NCBI GenBank assembly: GCA_963765575.1 | Contig: CAVXWZ010000008.1 | Span: forward strand, 1-64,000 | Length of the DNA stretch: 64,000 nt | Direction: 5' to 3' | From: an uncultured cyanobacterium | Lineage (GTDB): Bacteria; Cyanobacteriota; Cyanobacteriia; PCC-6307; Cyanobiaceae | Part shown: positions 48,965 to 61,316 of the stretch, in pieces | How the letters are laid out: every line of letters starts with the position of its first letter | Position numbering within the stretch: the stretch's first letter is position 1 | The notes under the pieces: generated by a model | The model's database searches: none | Seen by the model: only the letters and a program-made list of their open reading frames with translations | What the model was told of the DNA's origin: nothing | Translations under genes and position numbers: made by a program

Positions 48965-49648
48965 TCAGGCGTCGTAGTAGCGCCGGGCCAGCAACTCCAG
49001 GGATTCACCCCGCCGCCAGGCCCGCCGCAGGCCCGCGTTCTCCACGGTGGTGCGCCACACCCCCAGCCGCCGCCAGCGGCGCTCATCCACCGACACCGCC
49101 GCCCCCAGGCTGCGCAGCCGGGCCCGCCGGCCCAGGCGCTGGGCCAGATCCAGGTCCTCCATCAACGGCAGGGGGCGCATGCCGCCGGCGGCCTCGTAGA
49201 GGTCGCGGCTGAGCAGCAACCCCTGGTCGCCGTAGGGCAACTGGCGCCAGCGGCTGCGCAGGGCCACGCCCAGTTCCACCAGGCGCAGGGCGGGATCCCG
49301 GCCGGCAATGGCCAAATCGAAATACCAGGCCAGCCCGTCGCCGGCCCCGATCGCCTGCCCAATCCGCTCGGCCCAGCGCAGCGGCAGCTGCACGTCGGCG
49401 TGGAGCAGCAGCAGCCAGGCACCCTGGGCCTCGGCGGCACCGAGGGCCAGCTGGCGGCCGCGGCCTGGGGCGCTGTGCAGCAGCCGTGCCCCGGCCAACC
49501 GGCTCACCAGGGCCGTGGCGTCGTCGCTGCCGCCATCCACCACCAGCACCTCCCGCACCAGCCCCGGCCGTTGTGCCAGCTGGGCCAGCAGTGCCGGCAG
49601 CCGGGAGCTCTCGTTGCGGGCTGCGATCACCGCGCTCAGCCCGTCCAT
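48965..49648 (-). CDS. TIGR04283-family glycosyltransferase (GT2)
   Basis: VVDGGSDD, LHAD, LPYGDQGL, PLMEDL. Confidence 0.88.
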   Translation of the reverse strand: MDGLSAVIAARNESSRLPALLAQLAQRPGLVREVLVVDGGSDDATALVSRLAGARLLHSAPGRGRQLALGAAEAQGAWLLLLHADVQLPLRWAERIGQAIGAGDGLAWYFDLAIAGRDPALRLVELGVALRSRWRQLPYGDQGLLLSRDLYEAAGGMRPLPLMEDLDLAQRLGRRARLRSLGAAVSVDERRWRRLGVWRTTVENAGLRRAWRRGESLELLARRYYDA

Positions 49649-49654
49649 GGCCGC

Positions 49655-50266
49655 TCAGCGCCAGGCGGCCAGGTCGGCCGGCCGGTCGAGGTCGTGGCGG
49701 CAACTGAGCCACTGGGGCTCGAGCCCCAGCCTGGCCGCCGCGCGGCTGGTGTGCTCCAGCACCCCGGGGCCACCCCAGGGGATGCCGCTGAACAGCTCCG
49801 GCCACGACCCATTCAGGCCGATCAGCCAGTAGCCCCCATCGGCGGCCGGCCCGAGCACCAGCGGGCCCGTGTCCAGGGCCCGGAAGGCCCGCTCCAGTTC
49901 GGCGGCCTCCAGCTGCGGCAGATCACTGCCCACCAGCACCAGCTGCTGGATCCCCCGGCGGCGGGCCTGCAGCACCTGGCGCTGCAGCCGCAGCCCGAGG
50001 CTGCCGGGGCCCTGCGGCACCGCCCGATCACATCCCAGTGCCGCTCCCCAGCGCCCCAGGGCCCGGGGGGCCAGCCCCTGGACCGCCAACACCAGCTCGA
50101 AGCCCAGGTGCCGCCGCGCCTGCGCGGCCACGGCGCAGGTGTGGCGGCAGAGTCCGCGTTGCACGGCGGCGGCCCGCCGCCGGCCGATGCCGGCGGCCAG
50201 CCGGCTCTTGCAGCGGCCTGGCGCCGGCCAGCGCGCCATCACCACCAACTCCCGCGTGGCCGTCAA
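49655..50266 (-). CDS. TIGR04282 (DUF2064) glycosyltransferase-like protein
   Basis: PAPGRCKSRL, GSDLP, LGPAADGGYWLIG, DLDRPADL. Confidence 0.88.
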   Translation of the reverse strand: MTATRELVVMARWPAPGRCKSRLAAGIGRRRAAAVQRGLCRHTCAVAAQARRHLGFELVLAVQGLAPRALGRWGAALGCDRAVPQGPGSLGLRLQRQVLQARRRGIQQLVLVGSDLPQLEAAELERAFRALDTGPLVLGPAADGGYWLIGLNGSWPELFSGIPWGGPGVLEHTSRAAARLGLEPQWLSCRHDLDRPADLAAWR

Positions 50267-51411
50267 CCCTGCCGGGGCAGTTCGGCGGGCTTGAGCGTGA
50301 GGCTGCGGCTCTCCTCGCCGCGCTGCACAACGATGACCAGCTCGTCCCCCACGTTCACCCGATCCACGCCCAGCTGCACCTCCGAGGGATTGCGCACCGC
50401 TTCGCCCCCCACCTTCTCGATCAGGTCGCAGGGTCGGATGCCGCCCCGGTCGGCGGGACTTTCGGCCATCACGTCCACGACCACAACCCCATTGACTTCA
50501 GGCAGGCGGCACTGATCGGTGCTGGCGTTGATCTCGCGGGCCAGCTGGGGGGTGATCGCCTGCAGTCGCACGCCGATGTAGGGGTGGCTGGCGTAGCCCC
50601 GCTCGAGGATCTGGGCCGCGATCTGGCGCGCCACATCGATCGGGATCGCGAAGCTGAGGCCGGCGCCGGGGGCCTGGCGGATGGCGGTGTTGATGCCGAT
50701 CACCTGGCCGCGGTCGTTGATCAGTGGTCCGCCGCTGTTGCCCGGATTCACGGCGGCGTCGGTCTGGATGTAGGGCACCCGCTGGCCCTCCCCCACGGCG
50801 TTGGTGCGCTGGATGGCACTGATGATTCCGGCGGTCACGGTGTTGTCGAGCCCGAGGGGGTTGCCGATGGCGATCGCCCATTCGCCCGGCCGCACCCGGG
50901 TGGAATCGCCCAGCGGCGCCACCGGCAGCTTGCTGGCCACCACCTTCACCACTCCCACATCGGTGAGCGGGTCGGTGCCGAGCACCTTGCCGCTGAAGCT
51001 GCGGCCGTCGGGAAGGGTGATGGTCACGTCACTGGCGCCCTCCACCACGTGGGCGTTGGTGAGGATCACCCCGTCGGAGCGGGTGATGAAACCCGAGCCC
51101 TGGCCCTGCTCCTGCTGGATGGTGGGTCCGCGGCCGAACAGCCCCCCCAGGGGATTGATCACCCGCTTGGTGGTGTCGATCCGCACCACCGCCGGCCCCA
51201 CCTTCTCCACCGCCTCCACGATCACGTTGCTGCTGGCCTGCAGCGGTGCCGCCGGGGGGGCGTCGCTGATGCGCACCGTCTCTTCGCCGCTCTCCCCCGG
51301 CAGGCGCGGCAGGCCCGGGATGGTGCGGACGCCGCAACCGCTCAGCACGGCCAGCGCGGCGATCAGACCAGCCAGGCCGGCGTGGCGGTGGCTGGGAATG
51401 GGGCGAGGCAT
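50263..51411 (-). CDS. HtrA/Deg serine protease with PDZ domain
   Basis: TNAHVV, TDAAVNPGNSGGPL, C-terminal PDZ. Confidence 0.95.
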   Translation of the reverse strand: MPRPIPSHRHAGLAGLIAALAVLSGCGVRTIPGLPRLPGESGEETVRISDAPPAAPLQASSNVIVEAVEKVGPAVVRIDTTKRVINPLGGLFGRGPTIQQEQGQGSGFITRSDGVILTNAHVVEGASDVTITLPDGRSFSGKVLGTDPLTDVGVVKVVASKLPVAPLGDSTRVRPGEWAIAIGNPLGLDNTVTAGIISAIQRTNAVGEGQRVPYIQTDAAVNPGNSGGPLINDRGQVIGINTAIRQAPGAGLSFAIPIDVARQIAAQILERGYASHPYIGVRLQAITPQLAREINASTDQCRLPEVNGVVVVDVMAESPADRGGIRPCDLIEKVGGEAVRNPSEVQLGVDRVNVGDELVIVVQRGEESRSLTLKPAELPRQG

Positions 51412-51515
51412 GGAGGACGGGGCGGGTGCGGCGGATGCGCAGGCATTCCGCTTCATTAAAGACCGTGCACCGCGATGCCTCTGCGTAGAGTTCGGCACTT
51501 GCGTGGCGTTGATCG

Positions 51516-52981
<1,466 letters not shown>

Positions 52982-52998
52982 GCCGGGGCGCGGGCCAA

Positions 52999-53499
52999 TC
53001 AGGTGCAGCCCTGCACGGAGATGCGATAGCTGAAGCCGAGAGCGTTGGGATCATCGCTGGCGCCCACCTTGAAATTCATCTGGCTGGCCTGCTTCTCCGG
53101 CACGGCGGGGAAGGGGCCGAACTCTTGGCCTTGTCCGATCGGTGGATTCATGGTGGCGTTTATCACCTGAAGGCTGGTGCCATCGGTGAACTTCATGAAT
53201 CCCTCCACGGGATATTTCGCATTGGCATCGGAGGAATTTGCCGTGAAGAAGAACTTGTAGCTTTTGTACGGCTGATCCACGATGAAATCGGTGTTCCAGT
53301 TCGTCTTGCCGAGCAGCTTGGCCCTGCCCACTGTCTTCGACACCACAGGATTGCTGCCATCCCCACCGATCGGTTGGAGGAAGGTGCAGGTTTCTGCGTG
53401 GGCGGCACCGGCGGTCGCCAGTGGCAGGCTGCAGGCCAGGGCCAGCATGGGGAGATGGTGGCCGAAACCGGAGCGGAAACTGGCGAGTCTGTTGATCAT
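52999..53499 (-). CDS. Secreted beta-rich hypothetical protein, copy A
   Basis: Signal peptide AAHA-ETC; paralogous to 53727-54266. Confidence 0.8.
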   Translation of the reverse strand: MINRLASFRSGFGHHLPMLALACSLPLATAGAAHAETCTFLQPIGGDGSNPVVSKTVGRAKLLGKTNWNTDFIVDQPYKSYKFFFTANSSDANAKYPVEGFMKFTDGTSLQVINATMNPPIGQGQEFGPFPAVPEKQASQMNFKVGASDDPNALGFSYRISVQGCT

Positions 53500-53533
53500 G
53501 GTGGCTGAAATACTGGCTTTGAAATCGTAGATG

Positions 53534-53659
53534 AGCGGCCGGGCCGGATCGAGACCCTCCACTTCACCCTGGAACACCCGGCTGGCGGTGATGTCCTCCG
53601 CTTCGATCGTCATCAGGTCGAGCTTCGTCACCGCCGTGCCCATGCCGCTGAACAGGCGG
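53534..53659 (-). repeat. 126-bp duplicate of cbbX 3' region
   Basis: Identical by eye to 54291-54416. Confidence 0.9.
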
Positions 53660-53715
53660 CAGGTGCAGCAGGTGCGCGACCTGCTGCAGATCGATTGCCG
53701 CCGCCGGCGCTGAGC
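53660..53715 (+). repeat. 56-bp duplicate of dnaA 3' end
   Basis: Matches 52928-52983 with one mismatch (ATT/ATC). Confidence 0.9.
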
Positions 53716-53726
53716 TGGCCCTGGGA

Positions 53727-54266
53727 TCAGTTGCAGCCCTGCACCGAGATGCGATAGCTGAAGCCTGTCGCATCAGGATCTTTGCTGGCGCCCACCTTGA
53801 AGTTGATCTGGCTGGTGGTCTTGCCGGGAACAGCCTTGAAGGGCCCGTACATCTTGCCGGTGCCGACTGGAGGACTGATCTCTTCATCAAAGAGATTGAG
53901 ACTGGAATTGTCCGTGAACTTCATAAACCCGCGTACGGGGTATTTGGCCTTGGCATCGGTCGAGTCTGCAGTGAAGAAGAGCTTGTAGCTCTTGTAGGGC
54001 TTGTTGACAGCGAAATCGGTGTCCCAGTTGGTGCGGCCCAGCAGCATCCCCAGGGGACCGACCTTTGGTCGCTCAACCCGTTTGGAGACGATGTCGGATG
54101 TTCCGTCTCCACCGATCGGCTTCAGGAAGGTGCACGTCTCCGCCCGGACACTGCCAGCGGCCACAACCGGCAGGCTGCAGCCCAGGGCCAGGGGCAGCAG
54201 ATGACGAAGAAACATGGAGGCGGGGCGCATGGCGCGTTTGGGCTGTGAGACTGCTTCTTGAGTCAA
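53727..54266 (-). CDS. Secreted beta-rich hypothetical protein, copy B
   Basis: AETCTFL.PIGGDG...[11 protein letters not shown] shared with copy A. Confidence 0.8.
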   Translation of the reverse strand: MTQEAVSQPKRAMRPASMFLRHLLPLALGCSLPVVAAGSVRAETCTFLKPIGGDGTSDIVSKRVERPKVGPLGMLLGRTNWDTDFAVNKPYKSYKLFFTADSTDAKAKYPVRGFMKFTDNSSLNLFDEEISPPVGTGKMYGPFKAVPGKTTSQINFKVGASKDPDATGFSYRISVQGCN

Positions 54267-55219
54267 GCATCCTGGTGGGAAGCCTGAATCAGCGGCCGGG
54301 CCGGATCGAGACCCTCCACTTCACCCTGGAACACCCGGCTGGCGGTGATGTCCTCCGCTTCGATCGTCATCAGGTCGAGCTTCGTCACCGCCGTGCCCAT
54401 GCCGCTGAACAGGCGGTTGGCCTGGCGCATGCGGGCCCGGTCGATGGCGTTGCGGATCGAGCGGGCATTGGCGAAGAAGGGCAGCTGCATGCGTCGCTGG
54501 ATGTAATCAGCAAAGGCGCCGCGTGCCTCATCGCTGAAGCGGTAGTTTTCGGCTGCGAGGATCAGCTGGGAGATCGCCAGCAGCTCGTCGCCACTGTAAT
54601 CCGGGAAATCGATGTGGTTTGCCACCCGCGACGAGAGGCCTGGATTGCTCTGGTAGAACACATCCATACGCTCTTTGTAGCCGGCGAAGATCACCACCAG
54701 ATCATCGCGGTTGTTCTCCATCACCTGCAGCAGGATCTCAATGGCTTCGGCTCCGTAGTCCCGCTCGTTCTCAGGCCTGTAGAGGTAATAGGCCTCATCG
54801 ATGAACAGCACTCCACCCATGGCCTTCTTGAGCATCTCGCGCGTCTTCGGGGCGGTGTGACCGATGTACTGACCCACCAGGTCGTCGCGGGTGGCGGTGA
54901 CCACATGGCCCTTGCGCACATACCCCAAGCCGTGCAGGATCCTGCTCATGCGCTCGGCCACGGTGGTCTTGCCCGTGCCGGGCCTGCCCGTGAACGACAT
55001 GTGCAGGCTGGGGGGAGCGGTGTCCAGCCCCACCTGCTGCCGGGCCCGGTTGACCACCAGCAGCGCCGCGATCTCGCGGATGCGGGCCTTCACCGGTTTG
55101 AGGCCCACCAGCTCCCGATCGAGCTCATCCAGCACCGCCTGCACCCCGGCACCTTCATACGCCGCCCGCAGGTCCACCACTGCTGGCCCATCCAGCGGTG
55201 GCCTGGCCGGGGATGTCAT
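54263..55219 (-). CDS. cbbX: CbbX AAA+ ATPase (Rubisco-activase-like)
   Basis: [45 protein letters not shown]. Confidence 0.96.
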   Translation of the reverse strand: MTSPARPPLDGPAVVDLRAAYEGAGVQAVLDELDRELVGLKPVKARIREIAALLVVNRARQQVGLDTAPPSLHMSFTGRPGTGKTTVAERMSRILHGLGYVRKGHVVTATRDDLVGQYIGHTAPKTREMLKKAMGGVLFIDEAYYLYRPENERDYGAEAIEILLQVMENNRDDLVVIFAGYKERMDVFYQSNPGLSSRVANHIDFPDYSGDELLAISQLILAAENYRFSDEARGAFADYIQRRMQLPFFANARSIRNAIDRARMRQANRLFSGMGTAVTKLDLMTIEAEDITASRVFQGEVEGLDPARPLIQASHQDA

Positions 55220-55488
55220 GGCTGGGGGTCGACGGGCAGAAGGGCGTCGATGGCGGCGGCGAAATCACCCTCCGTCGCTCCCACCCTGGCGCCTTCGGTC
55301 TCGGCGCGCAGGGTGAGGTTCACATAGGTGCGGCCGAAGCTGATGTCAGGAAACCGCTGCCGGGCTTCGCAGAGATCGTTGAGGCGCTCGAGAAAGTCGC
55401 GGGTGGCGGCGTAGTCGCTGAACTCCAGACGCCGCTCCAGCCACTCGGCCTGGTCCTGGCGGGGGCGGGGTGTCCAGGGCTGCTCCAT
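55216..55488 (-). CDS. Pterin-dehydratase-like Rubisco assembly factor
   Basis: [15 protein letters not shown]...[13 protein letters not shown]; cso-locus position. Confidence 0.85.
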   Translation of the reverse strand: MEQPWTPRPRQDQAEWLERRLEFSDYAATRDFLERLNDLCEARQRFPDISFGRTYVNLTLRAETEGARVGATEGDFAAAIDALLPVDPQP

Positions 55489-55497
55489 GGGCTGACC

Positions 55498-56658
55498 CTA
55501 GGCCAGCACTGGCCTGGGGCCGGCGAGGCAATCGCTGCGGGCCACCGCCAGCCGGGCGGCCCAGGCCTCGGCATGGGCCCGGTTGGCCCGCCGCTGGGCG
55601 GGGTCGCGGCTGGTGGAGGGGTGGGGCATGGTGCCGTCGATGGTGGCGTTGGTGACGCAGAACATCGCCTTCTGGAAGCTGCGGCAGATCTTCACGTGGA
55701 TGTCCCCCTCGCCCCGGCCGCACTGCTGATACCAGCGCTGCAGCGCAGCCGGCAAGTGGCGATACATGTCCTGCATCAGCAGGCTGGGGGGGATGCCGGC
55801 GCCCATGGTGGGCAGGGGATCGGCGTAGAGGGCTCCGTAGGCAAAACGGGCCTGGTCGGGGGAGATCTGCTCGGCCTGGGCGTTGAAACTCACGGTGCCG
55901 AAGAAGGGTGTGCCGCGCAGGAACACCGCCTCCACGTAGGGCAGGGCCACATCCACCAGGAAGCTGAGCCCGGCCTGGGGCGGCAACACCCACTGGCGCT
56001 GAGCGCCGATCTCCACGGCATAGGTGATCGGCTGGGCGGCGGCGGCCACCAGCCCGTCCTTGATGAACGTCACCACCGCCGGGATCGAGCGCACGCGGCC
56101 GTCGCGCTCAGCGGCGGCCAGGGCCAGGAACAGATCGCTCATCACGCGCCAGAACTGGCCGAGCGCGTGGCTGGTGGCAGCCGCACGGATCAGCTCCGGC
56201 AGGAAGGCGGGGGCCAGGGGATGCAGCAGAAACAGCAGCGCGTCCTGGCGTCGCTTGCTGGCGATGATCGCTCCACAGGAGTCGGTGAAGGCCGCGCTGT
56301 CGAGATAGGCATCAAGGCCGCCGGTGCCATGCCAGAGCATGGTTTTCATGCAGTACTCGGCGTATTCAAAATTGATGCGGTCGTGGTTGAGATACGTCCA
56401 GATCTTGGCGGGGCTGATGCTGCCGTTGAAATACTTGAATACCGGAAAGGGATTGAGAAACTGCCGCTCCGCCTGAAAGATCAGGTTGGTGCTGTAGGCA
56501 TCCAGCACCTCGCCGTAGCTCTCCAGCACCCCCACCACCTCCAGCAGGTGATCCGGGGTGTCCGCCAGCAGCGGCCCTGCGCCGAGCAGGCGCTGCACCA
56601 GTTCGCTGGCCGCCGGCATGTCCCCATCGCGGGTGAGATCGGCGGAGATCACCGGCAT
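55498..56658 (-). CDS. cupB: CO2 hydration protein
   Basis: HDRINFEYAEYCM..MLWHG.GGLD, GIPP.LLMQDM; 386 aa fits CupB/ChpX. Confidence 0.88.
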   Translation of the reverse strand: MPVISADLTRDGDMPAASELVQRLLGAGPLLADTPDHLLEVVGVLESYGEVLDAYSTNLIFQAERQFLNPFPVFKYFNGSISPAKIWTYLNHDRINFEYAEYCMKTMLWHGTGGLDAYLDSAAFTDSCGAIIASKRRQDALLFLLHPLAPAFLPELIRAAATSHALGQFWRVMSDLFLALAAAERDGRVRSIPAVVTFIKDGLVAAAAQPITYAVEIGAQRQWVLPPQAGLSFLVDVALPYVEAVFLRGTPFFGTVSFNAQAEQISPDQARFAYGALYADPLPTMGAGIPPSLLMQDMYRHLPAALQRWYQQCGRGEGDIHVKICRSFQKAMFCVTNATIDGTMPHPSTSRDPAQRRANRAHAEAWAARLAVARSDCLAGPRPVLA

Positions 56659-58205
56659 CAGCCCAGCCCCGCCCCGAGCCGGGCCGCCACCAGCACCGGC
56701 AGCTCCGCCATGGCCGTGCTGGTGGCTTCGCTGAGGTAGCCCAGGCTGGCGGGCAGCAGACCCAGGGCCAGCACCGCCGCCGCCAGGGCCATGGCGGGCA
56801 GGGTTTCGCGCGGCGCCACCGATGGCAGCTCGATGTCCAGCCGGCTGTGGCGCAGCGGCTCCTGCAGTGGCGTGACCGCCAGCCGCCCGAAGAAGGCCCG
56901 GTTCACCAGCAAGAGGAAATACACGGCCGTCAGACCCGAGCCCACCATGGACAGCAGGGTGGCCACGGGGAAGGCGTTGAGGCTGCCGCGGAACACCAGG
57001 AACTCGGAGATGAACCCCGCCATCCCCGGCAGCCCCGCACTGGCCATCACCGCCAGGATCATCAGGCTGCCCGTGAGCGGCAGGCCGCGCTGGGGATTCA
57101 GCAGGCCGCGCAGCACCTCCAGATCCCGGCTGCCGGTTTTGCGGTACACGGTGCCCACCAGCAGGAACAGCAGGGCTGAGATCAGGCCGTGGCTGACCAT
57201 CTGAAACTCGGCCCCCAGCAAGGCCACCGGCGTGGCGGCGGCGGCGGCCAGCAGCACATAGCCCATGTGTCCCACCGAGCTGTAGGCCACCATGCGCTTC
57301 ATGTCCCGCTGGGCGATGGCGGCCAGCGAGCCGAACACCACCGACACCGCCGCCCAGATTGCCAGGCCAGGCGCCAGCCGTGCCCAGGCCTCGGGGAATA
57401 GCCCCAGGCCGAAGCGCAGCAGCCCGTAGGTGCCGAGTTTGAGCAGCACCCCCGCCAGCAGCACCGACACCGGCGTGGAGGCCTGGGTGTGGGCGTCCGG
57501 CAGCCAGGTGTGGAAGGGCACCAGGGGCATCTTGATGCCGAACCCCACCAGCAGCGCCGCCAGCAGCAGCAGCTGACTGCCCATCGACAGCTGTTCGCTG
57601 GTCACGGCCCTGAGGCTGAAGTCCACCGTGCCGGTGAGCAGGGCCAGACCGAGAAAGGCACCCAGGATCAGCATCCCCGAGACGGCCGTGAAGATCAGGA
57701 ACTTGGTGGCGGCGGCGGCCCTGCCGGCACCGCCCCAGATTGAGATCAGCAGCCACAGCGGGATCAGCTCCAGCTCGTAGAAGAGGAAGAACAGCAGCAG
57801 GTTGTCCGCCAGGAAGGCCCCGTTCACGGCGCCGCTGATCAGCAGCAACAGGGAGAAGTAGAGGCGGGGCCGGCGGCTGAATTCCCGCGTGCACACCACC
57901 GCCACCAGGGTCAGGGCACCGTTGATCAGCACCAGCGGCAGCGACAGGCCATCGACGCCAAGGCGGTAGTTGAGGCCGATCCCCGGCAGCCAGGGGTGAA
58001 TCTCGCGCAGCTGCAGCTCCGGGTTGAGCGGATCGAAGGGCACCAGCATCAGCAGGCTGATGAGGATCTGGGCCGTGATCACGGCGATCGCCACGCTGCG
58101 CAGTCGCGCCGGTGGCGGCTGGCCCGGCCACAGGATCATCGCCAGGCTGCCCGCGAGCGGAACCGCCAGCAGCAGGGACAGCAGGGGCAGCTCGGCCAGG
58201 GTCAT
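56658..58205 (-). CDS. ndhD4: NDH-1 subunit NdhD4
   Basis: FHTWLPDAH, LLKLGTYG, AYSSVGHMG; between ndhF and cup genes. Confidence 0.88.
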   Translation of the reverse strand: MTLAELPLLSLLLAVPLAGSLAMILWPGQPPPARLRSVAIAVITAQILISLLMLVPFDPLNPELQLREIHPWLPGIGLNYRLGVDGLSLPLVLINGALTLVAVVCTREFSRRPRLYFSLLLLISGAVNGAFLADNLLLFFLFYELELIPLWLLISIWGGAGRAAAATKFLIFTAVSGMLILGAFLGLALLTGTVDFSLRAVTSEQLSMGSQLLLLAALLVGFGIKMPLVPFHTWLPDAHTQASTPVSVLLAGVLLKLGTYGLLRFGLGLFPEAWARLAPGLAIWAAVSVVFGSLAAIAQRDMKRMVAYSSVGHMGYVLLAAAAATPVALLGAEFQMVSHGLISALLFLLVGTVYRKTGSRDLEVLRGLLNPQRGLPLTGSLMILAVMASAGLPGMAGFISEFLVFRGSLNAFPVATLLSMVGSGLTAVYFLLLVNRAFFGRLAVTPLQEPLRHSRLDIELPSVAPRETLPAMALAAAVLALGLLPASLGYLSEATSTAMAELPVLVAARLGAGLG

Positions 58206-60088
58206 CGCAGCAGCTCCCCTGGAACGACGCTCAGGGCTCCCCACCAGCTGAGGCCGCAGAGCAGCAGCACGATCGCCACCACCACGGTGAACACATACGA
58301 CTGCAACCGCCCGCTGACGCTGAGCCGCAGGGTCTCGGCGCTCTGCAGCGACAACTGACCGATGCCGTTCACCAGGCCATTCACCAGTCGCTGGTCCACC
58401 CAGTCGGTGCAGCGGGCGGCGGCCGCCACGAAGGCCACCACCGTGTTGCGGTAGAGGCGCTCGGTGTAGAAGTCGTGGGAGAGCAGATCCTGCAGCCGGC
58501 GCAACGGGTGAACGGCGGGGTGGGAGCGGAATTGATCCAGGGGCAGCAGGCGCCCCAGCAGCACCCCCGCCAGACCACTGGCCACGACGGCCAGGGCCAC
58601 TGGCAGGGAGAACGAGGCGATGCCCGGCACCGGGTCGATGCGCTGCATCAGCAGTGGGGTGAGCAGCACCATCACCGTGAGGCTCACCATCGGCAGCGCC
58701 ATCAGCCAGCTCACTTCCGGGGTGCGGCGGGTCTTGGGCATCGGCGCCCGCAGGAACAGGCAGCGGAACACCCGGGTGAGGTTCGCTGCCGTGAGCAGGT
58801 TGGTGAGCAGAAACACGGCGGCGAAGGGCAGGGCCGCGGGGCTGAGGACCTCCACGGCCTGGCCATAGCACCAGAAACAGCCGAGGGGCAGCAGGCCCAC
58901 CAGCCCGGCGGCCGCCACCAGGTAGGCGCTCAGGGTGGCGGGCATGCGTCGGCCGATGCCGCCGAGTTCATTGAGGTTCTGGCAGTTGGTGGTGGCGATC
59001 ACGGCGCCCACGGCCATGAACAGCAGGGCCTTGGCCAGTCCGTGACAGAGCAGCAGCAGCAGGGCGATGGCCGGCTGCTGCAGGGCGATGGCCACGAACA
59101 CCAGCCCCAGGCAGGAGCTGGTGGAGTAGGAGAAGGCGCGCTTGAGATCCACCTGGGCCAGGGCCACCAGCGCTCCGCCCACGGCACTGATGGTGCCCAC
59201 CACCAGCAGCACGTCGGTGGCGATCAGGGACAGCTGCAGCAGGGGCATCAGTTTCATCAGCACCAGCGCACCGGCCGTCACCACCACCGAATTGCGCAGG
59301 ATCGAGGCCGGGTTGGGGCCCTCCATGGCCTCATCCAGCCACAGGTGCATGGGGAACTGGGCGCACTTGCCCATGGGACCGGCGATCAGCCCCAGGCCCA
59401 GCAGGGTGCCGGTCAGGGGGCTGATGCTGCCGCTGAGCCTGGCCTCTGCCGCCCAGCTGTAGAGGTCGGTGAACTCCATCGACCCCGACCTGGCCGCCAG
59501 CGTCACCACGCCCATCAGCAGCAGCACATCGCCCACCCGCTTGGTGAGGAAGGCGTCGCGGGCGGCTGTGACCACCAGCGGCTGGGCGTACCAGAAGCCC
59601 ACCAGCAGGTAGGTGGAGAGGGTGAGCATCTCCAGCAGGAAATAGCTCAGCACCAGGTTGCTGCTCAGCACCAACCCCGCCAGGGCGCCTTCAAAGAAAC
59701 CCAGCAGGCCGAAGAAGCGGGCCAGCGACCACTCCTTGTCCAGGTAGCCGAGGGCGAAGACCTGGGCCAGCAGGCTCATCACGGTCACCAGCTCCAGGGC
59801 GGCGAGGGTGTTGGCCGAGAACTCCAGACCGATGCGCAGCTGCAGATCCGCCGCCGCAAACCAGTCCAGATTGAGGTGCTGCGGCCCGCTGAAGCCCACG
59901 GCGCGCAGGGCCAGGCTGCCGTGCAACACGGCCAGCAGGGTCACGAGGATGTTGAGGTAGGCAGCCGGCCGCTGGCCGCGGCGCGGGAAGAGGTTGCAGG
60001 CCCAGGGCAGGGCCAGCAGCAGGCCGCTGAAGCCGTAGAGCGGAATCAGCCAGGCGAAGCGGAGGCTCAGGGGCAAGGAGTCGGCCAA
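58202..60088 (-). CDS. ndhF4: NDH-1 subunit NdhF4
   Basis: GFWY.QPLV..AARDAFLTKRVGD, KCAQFP.HLWLDEAMEGP. Confidence 0.88.
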   Translation of the reverse strand: MADSLPLSLRFAWLIPLYGFSGLLLALPWACNLFPRRGQRPAAYLNILVTLLAVLHGSLALRAVGFSGPQHLNLDWFAAADLQLRIGLEFSANTLAALELVTVMSLLAQVFALGYLDKEWSLARFFGLLGFFEGALAGLVLSSNLVLSYFLLEMLTLSTYLLVGFWYAQPLVVTAARDAFLTKRVGDVLLLMGVVTLAARSGSMEFTDLYSWAAEARLSGSISPLTGTLLGLGLIAGPMGKCAQFPMHLWLDEAMEGPNPASILRNSVVVTAGALVLMKLMPLLQLSLIATDVLLVVGTISAVGGALVALAQVDLKRAFSYSTSSCLGLVFVAIALQQPAIALLLLLCHGLAKALLFMAVGAVIATTNCQNLNELGGIGRRMPATLSAYLVAAAGLVGLLPLGCFWCYGQAVEVLSPAALPFAAVFLLTNLLTAANLTRVFRCLFLRAPMPKTRRTPEVSWLMALPMVSLTVMVLLTPLLMQRIDPVPGIASFSLPVALAVVASGLAGVLLGRLLPLDQFRSHPAVHPLRRLQDLLSHDFYTERLYRNTVVAFVAAAARCTDWVDQRLVNGLVNGIGQLSLQSAETLRLSVSGRLQSYVFTVVVAIVLLLCGLSWWGALSVVPGELLR

Positions 60089-60182
60089 GGGCGGTCGAGG
60101 CGGAGGGACTCCCGGCTGGAGCTCCGGCGCAGAAATTTAGGGTTGGCCCAGGGTCGCCGCCGGGCCGCCGCGCCGTTCCGCT

Positions 60183-60656
60183 CTAAAACGTTGCCCGCTG
60201 CAGCGCACCCGGGGGGGCAGCCCTGAGCTCGCGCAGCCAGGCACCGAGGTCCTCGGCGTGGTGCTGCTCGTCGTCCCACAGCTGGCGGAAGAAGGACTCG
60301 CTGGCCTCGTCCCCCACCAGCAGGCAGAAGCGCACGGCCTCGGCATAGAGCTGCACCAGGTCGTCCTCCAGCGCCATGTTCTGGCGCAGCAGTCCGGCCA
60401 GATCGGTGGCGTGGCTCGCGGGCCGCAACTGGGAGGCGGCTGGGCCCACCCCCAGGCTGAGCATGCGCTTCACGATCGCCTCGGCGTGGCGCATCTCCTC
60501 CACCGTTTCCTGGCGGAAGCGCTGGGCGGCTTCCGTGTCGCCCCACTGCTCCACCAGGCAGGCCTGGGTCATGTACTGCTGCACGGCGGTGAGCTCAAGG
60601 CTCAGGGCGCGGCCGAGATAACCCAGGACGCGCGGATGGACGGCGTCTGTGGGCAT
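60183..60656 (-). CDS. Carboxysome-associated bacterioferritin-like protein
   Basis: ELTAVQQY, EEMRHA, DEQHH di-iron motifs. Confidence 0.85.
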   Translation of the reverse strand: MPTDAVHPRVLGYLGRALSLELTAVQQYMTQACLVEQWGDTEAAQRFRQETVEEMRHAEAIVKRMLSLGVGPAASQLRPASHATDLAGLLRQNMALEDDLVQLYAEAVRFCLLVGDEASESFFRQLWDDEQHHAEDLGAWLRELRAAPPGALQRATF

Positions 60657-61279
60657 CAGAGGCGGCGGGTGATGCCGCTGTTGCGCAGCGCCGGCTCCAC
60701 TTCACCGTGGGGACGGGCAATGATGTGGGCCGCCACCAGGCCATCACCCACCCGTTCACAGGCGTCGGCACCAGCCCGCACCGCGGCGTTCACGGCTCCC
60801 GTTTCACCGCGCACGAGCACGGTGACATAGCCTCCGCCCACGAATTCGCGCCCCACCAGGCTCACCTCGGCGGCTTTGGTCATGGCGTCGGCCGCCTCGA
60901 TGGCGGGCACGAGTCCGCGGGTTTCGATCATGCCCAGGGCGATCCCGCGCACAACTTGCGGCTCCTCCCGGGCCGGGGTGGCGGGGCGCTTGCCGCCACC
61001 GCCGGCACCAGCTGTGCCGCTGCTGCCCCGCCGGGTTCCGGTGCTGCTGCTGGCCCGGCGGCTGCCCACCGGCGCACTGCGCCGGCTGGCCGCCGCTGCG
61101 GGCAGGGCCCGGGTTGTGCGGCCAGCGGCAGCTGGGGCGGCTGCTGGAGGCTTCTCGGCGGCCGCTGGGCTTGGTGCTGGCGAGTCAGCGCTGGCTGCCG
61201 GCTTCGCCGCCGCGGGGGCAGACGGGGCGGGGCTGGAGTCGGTGTTGGGGCGGGGGCTGGCGGCCATGGGGGCGGACAT
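60656..61279 (-). CDS. csoS1E: BMC hexamer with long N-terminal extension (CsoS1E-like)
   Basis: [26 protein letters not shown]...HIIARPH with ~110-aa Ala/Pro/Arg leader. Confidence 0.85.
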   Translation of the reverse strand: MSAPMAASPRPNTDSSPAPSAPAAAKPAASADSPAPSPAAAEKPPAAAPAAAGRTTRALPAAAASRRSAPVGSRRASSSTGTRRGSSGTAGAGGGGKRPATPAREEPQVVRGIALGMIETRGLVPAIEAADAMTKAAEVSLVGREFVGGGYVTVLVRGETGAVNAAVRAGADACERVGDGLVAAHIIARPHGEVEPALRNSGITRRL

Positions 61280-61316
61280 TGGGAAGGAAATGAATCAGCG
61301 CAGGGGCGGCCCCGCT

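Noticed and set aside
43071..50515. Long alternative-frame ORFs (e.g. 43071-44603, 45481-47568, 48674-50515)
   Set aside because: Shadow ORFs of high-GC DNA overlapping well-supported genes; Arg/Pro/Ala-rich with no motifs
51420..51515. oriC/DnaA boxes next to dnaA
   Set aside because: No TT(A/T)TCCACA-like cluster seen and dnaN is not adjacent
55498..58871. Apparent long fusion ORFs (877 aa and 737 aa) for cupB and ndhD4
   Set aside because: Upstream extensions are off-frame read-through of neighbouring genes; real starts are at 56658 and 58205
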